A stretch of 64,000 nt of DNA from Andalucia godoyi And28 (lineage: Eukaryota; Protista; Jakobida), in assembly GCA_009859145.1 (NCBI GenBank), contig VRVR01000048.1, forward strand, positions 39,328 through 103,327, read 5' to 3'. Below are positions 54,831 through 64,000 of this stretch, piece by piece; the stretch's first letter is position 1, and every line of letters starts with the position of its first letter. The translations under genes and the position numbers were made by a program. Under the pieces are notes generated by a model. The model worked only from the letters and a program-made list of their open reading frames with translations, was not told where the DNA came from and did not search any database.

Positions 54831-55463
54831 AGCGCGAGCTCCCGTGAAAGGAAGGTTTGATGGTTCCGGAGAACACCGTCCGGTCGCTCATGCGAGGGGA
54901 ACTGAACCGGCGCCGCAGCAAAAACACCTTGCATTTTCACAACGCGTCAAAGAGCGAGCTCTTGAGGAAAGCGAAGGGGCCGTCTTGTCATCAAAGATGG
55001 TTTGCAAGGAGGAGGACAAAGAGTCGCAGCGGGTGCACCTCTCTGAAGACGAGGACGACAAAAGAGAAGGGGGAAAAAATGTTGATCTTCCTCGTCTGTG
55101 TGTATTTCTTCTCCATCTTCTTCCTCTTCTTCTTCCTCCTCTTCTTCTTCTTCTTCTTCTTTCTATTCTTTTTATTCTTTCAAGTACGATTATCTCGCTT
55201 TTCTCTTCTTCTTCCTGTTCTTCTGTCTCTTGCTTTTCCTCGTGCTCTTCCTGTTTCTTCATTTGCAGAACAACAGCGGAGCCATTGTGAAAAGCGACAA
55301 TACGTTTACGTTTGGAAAGAAGAGAGACAAAGACGGGGAATCCATTACTTCTGGGACAAGACGGAATTCACACGTCAGAGAGCGAAAGAGCTTGAGAGAC
55401 GTCCCCCCCCCCCCCACCGGGAAGGAAGAACGAAAACAACCCAATAAAAGCGCATTGCGATAG

Positions 55464-57170
55464 ATGTTGTCCTCACAGCCAGCTGTTCTCGATCTTCGAT
55501 TCGAAGATCTCGAGCTTATGGAGCTAATTGGGAAGGGGGCGTTTGGAGAGGTGTACAAAGCTCGTCACAAGTGGCTTGGCTCTGAAATTGCAGTGAAGAT
55601 CTTCAAGGCAATCGGGGGAGATGACTCTGAATTGAAGGAAATGATGTCCGAACTTCGGACGCTTGCCGAGCTTCGTCACCCAAATATTGTTTCCGTGTAC
55701 GGCGCATGCTTCCAGCCGCCTAACCTTGCGCTTGTTATGGAGTTCTGTCCGAGAACACTTTACACTGCGGTGCACAAAGACCGGAATCTGCAGATGGACT
55801 TGCCGCTGCTGATGCGCTGGTCGAAAGACATTGTCTCCGGTATGCTGTACCTTCACGAAGGGAAGCAGTCCATTCACCGTGACTTGAAGTCAGGCAACTT
55901 GCTTATTTCCTACCAAGGATCTGTCAAGATCGCGGATTTTGGAGTGGCACGTGTGTGTTCTACGCTAGCGCCAGCTCCAATGACGATCACGGGAACAGTC
56001 GAGTACATGGCCCCCGAGGTCGCAGAGGGCGTGTACACACCGTCCGTGGACGTCTACTCTTTTGGGGTGATCTTGTGGGAAATGGCAACGCGAAAGCGCC
56101 CCTACAAGGACTTTTCGGGCCACCGAATGGCACTGATGTACAAGCAACACGAAGGTTTCCGTCCTGGAGGCTCATTTGTTCTCGGAGATGATCCAGACTT
56201 TTTCTCGTGGACGCATCCTATGCCGGACTGGTGTCCTCCTGAGCTTGGAAAGCTCGTGATTGCCTGTTGGAGAAGGGACCCTGCGAAGCGACCGACGTTT
56301 TCCGACATTCACGATGTCCTATTCAAGCTTGAGGGCTCCGAGCCACTCCGTGCGCCTGCCTTGATTACTCGCCCGGTTTCATCATCTTCTCTTGGTCTGA
56401 ACACACCGTCGCCCCTCGTCGTAAGCCCGCAGACATTTGGATCGAACAACGGCGGGACTCCTCTCCAAGTGAATTCTGTTGCTTCTGCTACACGGCCTCT
56501 GGCGCATCTCATTGATAAGTTCAACATTCTCGAAATCATCGTGCATACAGAACACGATAACAACTACAAGGTTCGGCTTCGCTCGGAACTGTCGCTCCAG
56601 GCTCTTCGAAACGCTCTCGAGTCCAAGACGAATGACAAGGTTGTCCATATCCGATACAAGGATGGTGGGAAAAAGAAGATTGAGATGCTTGATGACGACG
56701 ATCTTGCGGATGCGATTTTGTGTGCTGAAAAGAAGTTGGTTCTGTATGTGGAACTTGAGAATGAAGGAGACGATGATGATGACGACGATGACGACGACGA
56801 CGATGATGATGATGACGACGACGACGACGATGATGATGATGATGATTCGGAAGAGTCCGATGAGGATGTGAAGTCCCCCAAGAAGGGTGGGAGAGGCTCC
56901 ACCGTCGTGGCTGCGAAGGCAGTTCCCGCTTCCTCGAAAACCGCTACTGCTGCGCCGGCAGACCCGAAGAAGCGGTCTGCAACTCCAATTGTCACAGCTA
57001 CGAGTTCGTCAAGTTCTGGGCTCGGAGGCTCCGCAGCGTCTGCGTCTGGGCCACCCGGCACCGTTCGTCGGACAACTCCAACGAATTCATCTGCGAGCCA
57101 ACCGAAGCGTGCACTGAATTCTGCTCCACCTCCTCCAGTCCCCGCCGCCACTACAAAGAAGCGACCATGA
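55464..57170 (+). CDS. TKL (Raf/MLK-like) protein kinase with a C-terminal PB1-like domain and a 26-residue poly-Asp tract
   Basis: IGKGAFGEVY, HRDLKSGN, DFG, GTVEYMAPE, DVYSFGVILWE; YKVRL...IRYKD...LDDDDL...LVLYV (PB1-like); Asp codons at 56769-56846. Confidence 0.9.
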   Translation: MLSSQPAVLDLRFEDLELMELIGKGAFGEVYKARHKWLGSEIAVKIFKAIGGDDSELKEMMSELRTLAELRHPNIVSVYGACFQPPNLALVMEFCPRTLYTAVHKDRNLQMDLPLLMRWSKDIVSGMLYLHEGKQSIHRDLKSGNLLISYQGSVKIADFGVARVCSTLAPAPMTITGTVEYMAPEVAEGVYTPSVDVYSFGVILWEMATRKRPYKDFSGHRMALMYKQHEGFRPGGSFVLGDDPDFFSWTHPMPDWCPPELGKLVIACWRRDPAKRPTFSDIHDVLFKLEGSEPLRAPALITRPVSSSSLGLNTPSPLVVSPQTFGSNNGGTPLQVNSVASATRPLAHLIDKFNILEIIVHTEHDNNYKVRLRSELSLQALRNALESKTNDKVVHIRYKDGGKKKIEMLDDDDLADAILCAEKKLVLYVELENEGDDDDDDDDDDDDDDDDDDDDDDDDDDSEESDEDVKSPKKGGRGSTVVAAKAVPASSKTATAAPADPKKRSATPIVTATSSSSSGLGGSAASASGPPGTVRRTTPTNSSASQPKRALNSAPPPPVPAATTKKRP

Positions 57171-57400
57171 GCGAGTCCTTTTTTCTTCCCTCTCCCCTCC
57201 CTCCTTCTTTTGTTGTTGTTTGACCACTCGATTTGTTTTTCCTCTCTGTGAGCAAACGTGTAACAAATTACGTCGTATAGATTTGCTGCCTTTTTCTTTC
57301 TTTCTTTCTTTTCTTTTATTTTCTTTTTATTATTATTTTGGTTTCTTCGTTGCATTTGTTTGTGTTTCCTGCTTTCTTGTTTATCTTTCCAAGCCTATGC

Positions 57401-58465
57401 TCAACCGTGAAGTGGCGCGATAAAAGCAGCAGAGTGAGTTGCAAGGTATGCGTAAAAGTTCTTTCGAACCGGATCTTGCTGCTCTAGAACCTGAACGTGA
57501 TTCCCTACTTCGCCAAGACATACAAGGGTCAACCTTGCCCACCGAGCCGACAAGCCACCATCCTCCACCTCGATAACCTGTCTGCAGATATCGCGAGTTC
57601 TTTCTTCTTCAACGCCTGCTTCTTCTCCCACCGCCATTGCCGCCGCAGGAGTAGTAGTCATTGAAGAAGAAGAACAAGAAGAAGAAGAGGTTCGGGGCAG
57701 ACTGCGCAGGAGAAAAAGGTGATACACCCACGCAGCCTGATCCTTTGGCTCTGTAAACCATGCGTTCTGCAGCAGCTCGACCTCGCCTGCATACGTGACT
57801 CTTTCGACTCCGTGCTGGATGCACAGTGCTCGCTGGTGCCAAGCAGAGTAGTTTGAAAAGTTGGAATTGATCTTTGCACGCGCGAATGCCGCATCGAGAG
57901 GTGCATATGTTCTGCGGTGGTTCCAAACGTGAAAGTTGCGATCATCGGCCTTGAGAAGCTTATCACACAGTCCAATTTCTCGCGGGATCACCTCCAAATC
58001 GCCCAGCTGAGACAGTCTGGCGATGACCCACCGCCGATGATGCCACGTCGGATACGATTTAAAGTGCCGCTGAATGCACTTTTCAAGCAATGCCATCTCA
58101 TCATACATCAGCACACGCAGCGACCGATCCTCTGCCTCTGTCTCTGCCTCTGTCGCAGCTGCCTTGCTATCCGATGCAGCTGCAAATACAACTGCTTGTG
58201 GGCCGCATGCTTCAAAGGGCCGATGGAGCGCAAGTCGGGAAGCGAGAATGTCCTTCCTGAAGTTCCACATTGTGTAAAAATCCGAGTTCAGAAGTAGCAC
58301 CTGTGCAGAAACAGCCAGTGCATGATCGGAATAATCACCTGATTTTCGCATCGCAAGTGCAGTTTTGGACAGTTCAGTAAGCTTTGCAATCTTTTGCTGC
58401 GTCACTGCCTTTCTTGCCTCATCCTTGCTTGCCTCGATGTACTCGGATCGCTTCACACCGTGCAT
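57401..58465 (-). CDS. RABGGTA: Rab geranylgeranyltransferase (GGTase II) alpha subunit
   Basis: MHGVKR start; PPTA repeats FYTMWNFRK, KSYPTWHHRRW, DDRNFHVWNHRR, FSNYSAWHQR, EPKDQAAWVYH. Confidence 0.9.
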   Translation of the reverse strand: MHGVKRSEYIEASKDEARKAVTQQKIAKLTELSKTALAMRKSGDYSDHALAVSAQVLLLNSDFYTMWNFRKDILASRLALHRPFEACGPQAVVFAAASDSKAAATEAETEAEDRSLRVLMYDEMALLEKCIQRHFKSYPTWHHRRWVIARLSQLGDLEVIPREIGLCDKLLKADDRNFHVWNHRRTYAPLDAAFARAKINSNFSNYSAWHQRALCIQHGVERVTYAGEVELLQNAWFTEPKDQAAWVYHLFLLRSLPRTSSSSCSSSSMTTTPAAAMAVGEEAGVEEERTRDICRQVIEVEDGGLSARWARLTLVCLGEVGNHVQVLEQQDPVRKNFYAYLATHSAAFIAPLHG

Positions 58466-58476
58466 TCTTGCATGAA

Positions 58477-58478
<2 letters not shown>

Positions 58479-58562
<84 letters not shown>
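58479..58562. repeat. (CT)42 microsatellite just upstream of the RABGGTA start
   Basis: 84-nt perfect dinucleotide run, 13 nt from the ATG at 58465. Confidence 0.95.
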
Positions 58563-58565
<3 letters not shown>

Positions 58566-58993
58566 CACTGTCTCTGTCACTCACTCACTCGCGCACGCAC
58601 GCAGGCAGTCAGTCACAGTCGTCGGATTCTCGTTCCGCGTTCGACGTGCATCGAGTGCAAGAGAATCTGAATACAAAAGATCGTACAGCAGTTTCGAGCA
58701 CTTTGATGATCTATTGGACCTGCTAAGCGACAGCGAAGCGTCTATATAACGATTTTTATCAGCAGCACACACTATATCTACAGCAACAACAACGACGACG
58801 ACGGCAAGAAGACAAGAAGACAAGAAGACAAACCCCACCCAGCGATTCCAAAGACGATCATCCCAATCCATTACGATTCAAAAAAGAGAAGGTGGAAAAA
58901 CACAAAGAAGAAAAATGACAAATGAAAAGAAAGGCATCGTTTTTTTCTTCTTTTGTGGATTTGCTCGCTTCTTCTTCTTCTCTTCCTGTTCTT

Positions 58994-59549
58994 TTAGATT
59001 GCAGTGATTTTCGATGCGATGACGACTGGGTTTGCCTCTGCGAGCTTCCGTCTGTCTTCGGCCTTGTGATCAAACGAGCAGACGTGTGTATCCGGGTAGC
59101 GATGGGATCCACAAAAGAGGCCTCCGCACTTGCACTTGAATCCTGTTGCAAGCCCGACTTTCGCAGCACAGACGCCGCATCGAACGCCCTTTTTCTTCAT
59201 GGAAGACGGAGACCCGCCGAACGAAGACGGAGAAGAGCCCGAGTCCACGGACCCGTCCATCGCTCCCCCTTGGGCATTCGACGGCTGCGGAATCGGCACT
59301 GGCGACGACGGACTGTACACGTCCGACTGGTGCGTGCTCAGCGTATTTCTAAGGTTCATAACACCACGAAAAAAGAAGCACAAGAACAAGAACAAGAAGA
59401 AAAGTTAGCATACAGAATGAGAGTGTGAGAAAGGAAGAGAGGGAGAAAGGGAGAAAGGGAGAAAGGGAGAAAGGGAGAAAGGGAGAAAGCACATACGAAA
59501 ACGGATCTGATGAAGAGCGGATGGACTTGGTTTCCTTGTCAGAGTTCAT
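58994..59549 (-). CDS. AN1-type zinc-finger protein (stress-associated protein-like, no A20 domain), 2 exons, 135 aa
   Basis: Exons 59549-59497 and 59348-58994 with a phase-2 GTATGT..AG intron; RCGVCAAKVGL..FKCKCGGLFCGSHRYPDTHVCSFD...NPVV..KI. Confidence 0.88.
59441..59488. repeat. Intronic 8-bp tandem (GGGAGAAA)6
   Basis: Seen directly inside the AN1 gene intron. Confidence 0.85.
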
Positions 59550-60113
59550 TTCTTCTGTTTTGATCTTTTTGTTCTGGTCTTAGGTTCTGCAAACGGACGT
59601 ATGACGACGCAGGCCACGAGGGGGGATTATTTATATAAAAAAAAAATAAGAAAAAAGAAGGAAAAAGAGTTGCAGAAGAAACCAAAACAGAAAGTTAAAT
59701 TAATAATAATAAAAAGTAAAATAAAAAAACAAGAAAGAAAAGAACACACGTTTCACGTTCACGTCCGGGGTTTTATCAGCATACTACAAGAAAAAAAAAA
59801 GTGAGACAAAAAGACAGAGAGAGAAAGAATGGGGGAAAACGCAAAAAATAGGTTAGGAGAGGGTTCCATCGGTTCGAATAGGAGATTCGGTTTTGGCAGT
59901 TGATTTGAGCTGCTTAGGAGCGATGCGATGAAAAAGGACTTTGAGTATTGAGCTACTCAAAAGCAAGTTCAAGTCTGGTGGAAATGCGCCGATTCTGCTT
60001 CGTCACATTTCGGTATTGTCATATTATTTTTTTTTTGTTTTGTGTGTCTTGTGTTTTGGTTTTGGGTGTACACTTTGTTACGACTGTTTGAGTGTGCTTG
60101 CTGATTCACACAA

Positions 60114-60612
60114 TTACACTTTAAGGCCAAACGACGTGCCGCAAGAACAGGTGAAGTCCGCATTTGGGTTCACAGTGACTTGAAACGATCTGCTCTTCAT
60201 ATCCTCTACGAAATCCACTGTCGATCCACGAACAAGCGACATGGACCCTTCGTCCACCACGACTCTCGCGCCTTGTCGCTCCACAACACTGCAGCATCAC
60301 CCTTTCGTGAAAAGTACCCATCCGATTGGTTATTGCGCGTGCTTGTTAATCAAGTGTCTTTCAAAGAACCGCAATCGAGAACTTGGAGGTGGGAAAAACA
60401 TACATGTCATCGTCATTGGGCCCCTTCTCAAGAGAAAAGACGTAAGAAAACCCAGAACAGCCGCCACCCTGTACCGCCAGTCGCAAGTACTTGGTAGGTT
60501 TCAGCTCAGTGACTTTCAGCAACCGCTGTGCAGGACCTACAGTTAGAAAATCTCTTGGTTTTGGACTTGGCTGGAACACGTATAAAAAGACAGACAGACA
60601 GACAGACAGACA

Positions 60613-60652
<40 letters not shown>

Positions 60653-60760
60653 TTCAAGAAAAGAAAGAAACCAACATACAGAAACGCAATTTGGAGTAAG
60701 AACAATGTGGTCTGGCGAAGAAGAAACAAGAGTTGCAAACCTCCTTGAAAACCGCATCAT
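60114..60760 (-). CDS. ISCA2: Mitochondrial A-type Fe-S carrier (IscA2/HesB family), 3 exons, 125 aa
   Basis: Exons 60760-60680, 60525-60404 and 60288-60114 splice in frame; LRLAVQGGGCSGFSY, VVVD..S...GSTVDF, NPNA..CSCGTSF; Arg-rich presequence-like start. Exon 3 is not in the ORF track. Confidence 0.88.
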
Positions 60761-60896
60761 CCGAGTATTCTCGAACGCGAGAGAAAGGAGAGCCACTGCG
60801 CAGCTCAACGATAATACTGGTAATAAGTAATTGGTACAATAACCTATTGCAAAACACAAAATAAGAAAACAAAACAAAAGAAAGAAAAAATCGTTT

Positions 60897-60952
60897 TGAT
60901 CCTTGAAGCTTGATCCTTGAAGCTTGATGCTAGGAGAATGATGCTAGGAGAA
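60897..60952. repeat. AABB array of four 14-bp units, each starting TGAT
   Basis: (tgatccttgaagct)2(tgatgctaggagaa)2. Confidence 0.9.
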
Positions 60953-61201
60953 TGTTGTCTTCCGCCCTTTGGTTTGGGTTCCCCCCAAATCACCAATGAG
61001 CCCAGCCACAGGCCGCAATCGAACCATACTTTCTTTTGTCATTTACTATTGTTTTTCTTTTTCTTTTTCTTTTTCTTTTCCTTTTTCTTTTTTGTTTATT
61101 ATTTATTATTATAATTATTTGTCATTTTTGGTGTTTACTTCTCTTTTCTCCTCTCTGATTCTCTCGCGGGTTTCATTGTGGTACGTACCGTGGACCCGTG
61201 A

Positions 61202-61927
61202 ATGTCGTCGTCGCACCCGCCGCCATTGGCTGCTCTTCCTTCTGCCGCAGACCCGTCCTCGTCCTCGTCCTCATCCTCGTCGTCGTCGTCGACTGCTGGG
61301 AGTCCGGAGAAGCCGTCGACGCATGTGCTGGAACATGAATGGGAACTTTGGTATGAGGCGAGACAGGGTGAGCCGCTTCCCGGGAAAACGTGGTTTGACA
61401 ATATTTCGTCGGCCGGGTCATTCAAGACTGTGGAAGGGTTCTGGTCCTATTTCAACAATATGAAGGCGCCGTCGTCGTATGAGCATGGGATGCAGTACTT
61501 TTTGTTCAAGAAGGGGATCAAGCCCGAGTGGGAAGACCCGCAGAACAAACTTGGTGGGAAATGGGTGTGCGCATGGGACAGATCCTTGCAGAAACACTCG
61601 CATTTGTCACATTCACATTCACAGTCACAATCATCGTCGTCTCACGTGATGGATGCAGACCAGGCGTGGGAACAGGTTGTGCTGAATCTTATTGGAGAGA
61701 ATTTGGATGAAGGAAATGACTGCACGGGTGCCGTTGTCAGCCACCGCAAGAGAACAGACAAGATTCAGGTCTGGCTCAGAACAAACGACCCCGAAACAGT
61801 AAAGCATGTCGGCAAGCAGCTCCGAGAGATTTTGGGTAAGGATGGACCCGTTCTCGAGTATTTCGCACATGCGACGGTCATGACTCAGGGTACAGCGTTC
61901 CAGTCAACCTCGCTCTTCAAGGCTTGA
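61202..61927 (+). CDS. EIF4E: Cap-binding translation initiation factor eIF4E
   Basis: All eight conserved Trp appear present (EWELW, KTW, TVEGFW, KPEWED, GGKW, QAW, KIQVW); LIGE. Confidence 0.93.
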   Translation: MSSSHPPPLAALPSAADPSSSSSSSSSSSSTAGSPEKPSTHVLEHEWELWYEARQGEPLPGKTWFDNISSAGSFKTVEGFWSYFNNMKAPSSYEHGMQYFLFKKGIKPEWEDPQNKLGGKWVCAWDRSLQKHSHLSHSHSQSQSSSSHVMDADQAWEQVVLNLIGENLDEGNDCTGAVVSHRKRTDKIQVWLRTNDPETVKHVGKQLREILGKDGPVLEYFAHATVMTQGTAFQSTSLFKA

Positions 61928-62078
61928 TGATTGACGAATGTGCGTGTGTGCATGCGTGCATTCGCTTTAGAATTGAAAGAAGAAGAAAATACATTTTTTT
62001 AAAAATAATTAACATAAGTAAAAGTGAGAATAAGGGAGGAAATTGTACAGACGAAGAACAGCAAAACCAAAACCATGG

Positions 62079-63728
62079 TTACCGACGTTCAGGAGGCGGA
62101 GCGCCGTGTTGGAGATCGTGGATCTTGAGGCACATGCGGCACTGGGAGTGGACGTTATTGACAGCAATTGTGTCAACGAAGGACTGCTGCGGGCCCTCCG
62201 TTTTCCACGCCAAGTACTTGTTATACTCCTCTTCGTTCTCGTCCAGAAAATGGAGGTACTCTGCAAGGTCCTTAGCGGACGGAAAGTCCTTGACACTGAT
62301 GACACTTGTCGGAGACGGGGAAAAGTCATCAATGTACGGATCTCCCATTACAATTGGCACGGTGCCCGAGTCCAAAGGCTGATGGAACTTTTCGGTCTGG
62401 TACCATTCCGAGTTGGAATTCTCGAATGCCAGGTAAAACTTGTACGTCTTCATGACGTTCCACTTCTGGAACGGATCACCGTTGCTCTCAGGCGGCCATT
62501 CTGCAGAATGCACGCATTTGCCAAACGAATCCACTTTGATGTGCTTCATAAGCTCTGCCACGTAGTCGTCTCTTCCGTTCCGCGATCCGCAATTCGACGC
62601 AACGTACATGATTAGCCGACCAGGAACTTTGGGTTTTGGTTTCGACATGTACAAGTATTCGCCATTGGATCCGTAGCCAAGAGGCACCTCGGAGGACAAC
62701 CGGTACGAAGCTTCAAAATCGAATCTGCTGAGAAATTCGGGGTTCTCGAGCTGGCCATAGTACTTGTCGGACTCCATGGACCCCGCAATCCAGTACTGGT
62801 TCGATGGCTTGGACGTCGGGAAAGATCCAAAAGACGGAATGTGGAAAAACACACCGTCGGCCGTGGCAACCTTGGACTCGTCCGAGCTCCAATAGCAGGG
62901 AACTGCACACTTCACAGCCTGCCATTCCGCTGGAAGACTGCCCAAAAACGAGCAGCAGTCCTTGAAGACAATATTGATGCGATGTTTTTCCGTATCGGCG
63001 TACCGCTTTTCCACGGCTTCGTAGCTTGGATATTCGTTAATCGCAGGAAGGATGCGCTGATTCAGCACCCGATATCCATATTTGTACCCATACCGCTCTT
63101 CAACATCATTTTGGACAAGGACTTTGAACCGACTCGCCACTCTCTCGCGGATGCTCGGGTACTTGTAGCGTGGATCAGGAAGATAAGATTCTGGGTCTGG
63201 CGCATCAGAACTCGAATCGCCCTCAGCTGCATTCTTCTGCATCCTGTGCTTGCTACCACTGTTGTTGCTGTTGCCTGTTTCTTTTCCGCGGGACATTTCT
63301 TTGGAACCATCTCCCTTTTTCTTCCCGGTAGGAGCGTCGGCGTCGTCATGACCATCGTCCCTTCTCCGGGGAACTGCTTGCTTCTTGTCTGCCTCTGTAT
63401 TTTTCGATGTTCGCCCTGCTGATGCTGCTGTTTCATCATCATCCTCAGACTCCTGCATCAGCACCGATTCACGAGCCTTCCTTGCCTCTTCAACAGCATT
63501 CATGTCGCCAGAAACTGCAGGATGGTGGATTGCAAGGCCGCGAGCTTTCACAACCGCCGGGCCCGAAGAAGCGGTCCGTGTGAAGGATCCTCGCGATCCA
63601 CTTAAAGACAGGAAAACCACGAAAACAACCAGACATGCTGGAATCTGCACAAACCACCGATTCGAAAACAGGAATCTCAGCAATGGGTTTCGCGCCCGAT
63701 CGGAAACTCGGAAATACCCGGAAACCAT
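62079..63728 (-). CDS. Alpha-1,3/4-fucosyltransferase (GT10), type II membrane protein
   Basis: N-terminal TM and acidic stem; YVASNC, VDSFGKC, YKFYLAFENS..WYQTEKF, VPIVMG. Confidence 0.9.
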   Translation of the reverse strand: MVSGYFRVSDRARNPLLRFLFSNRWFVQIPACLVVFVVFLSLSGSRGSFTRTASSGPAVVKARGLAIHHPAVSGDMNAVEEARKARESVLMQESEDDDETAASAGRTSKNTEADKKQAVPRRRDDGHDDADAPTGKKKGDGSKEMSRGKETGNSNNSGSKHRMQKNAAEGDSSSDAPDPESYLPDPRYKYPSIRERVASRFKVLVQNDVEERYGYKYGYRVLNQRILPAINEYPSYEAVEKRYADTEKHRINIVFKDCCSFLGSLPAEWQAVKCAVPCYWSSDESKVATADGVFFHIPSFGSFPTSKPSNQYWIAGSMESDKYYGQLENPEFLSRFDFEASYRLSSEVPLGYGSNGEYLYMSKPKPKVPGRLIMYVASNCGSRNGRDDYVAELMKHIKVDSFGKCVHSAEWPPESNGDPFQKWNVMKTYKFYLAFENSNSEWYQTEKFHQPLDSGTVPIVMGDPYIDDFSPSPTSVISVKDFPSAKDLAEYLHFLDENEEEYNKYLAWKTEGPQQSFVDTIAVNNVHSQCRMCLKIHDLQHGAPPPERR

Positions 63729-64000
63729 ATCGCTGCCTGCAAAGCCAAAACAGTTGTTACAATGACAATTATTAATTATTATTACTACTATTTTTAAAAA
63801 AGGATAAATAACTCAAACCAACTGTTACCAGTAATACTACTCTGTCTGTCTGTCTGTCTGTCAGTGGGGGCGTTGTGCGGGTTTGCAATTAAGGAAACGC
63901 GGGATGGGGGGAGGCACTGACCATTTGGGCAACTCGGGAAATGTCGGGAGGTCGTTTCTGCCATCTGCGGAAGAAAAAGAAAAAAGAACCGCTGAATTAT

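Noticed and set aside
59860-59900. GGTTCGAAT resembling a tRNA T-loop
   Set aside because: No cloverleaf stems or A-box could be formed.

Overview
Gene-dense, intron-poor nuclear DNA from a flagellated microbial eukaryote. The species cannot be determined from the sequence; a compact free-living protist genome is an inference. The standard genetic code is used and about 30 protein-coding genes are supported. Housekeeping or conserved genes include Elongin C, AcpS-type PPTase, Rab32-like GTPase, NTF2, DRP1-like dynamin, Spc24, RuvBL2, Rab GGTase alpha, AN1 zinc finger, IscA2, eIF4E, GT10 fucosyltransferase, palmitoyl-protein thioesterase and a C2orf69-like protein. Signalling genes include an LRR multi-pass receptor-like protein, a 2108-aa TmcB-like / triple FixL-type PAS / adenylate cyclase, a degenerate RasGEF, a STE11-type MAP3K and a TKL kinase with a C-terminal PB1 domain. 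Main points of interest: (1) a candidate heme-based gas-sensing membrane adenylate cyclase; (2) a complete 5061-bp hAT transposon with TIRs, a perfect 8-bp TSD, an intact transposase and about 2.5 kb of unexplained cargo; (3) near-identical inverted duplications (1-46 vs 26681-26726; 26881-27102 vs 39233-39454) bracketing two adjacent multi-gene blocks; (4) a local family of degenerate PG[FY]-type RRM proteins; (5) an invariant yeast-like GTATGT donor in all 7 introns that could be modelled. No tRNA, rRNA, snRNA or CRISPR array was recognised. All family assignments come from motif recognition by eye, not database searches.
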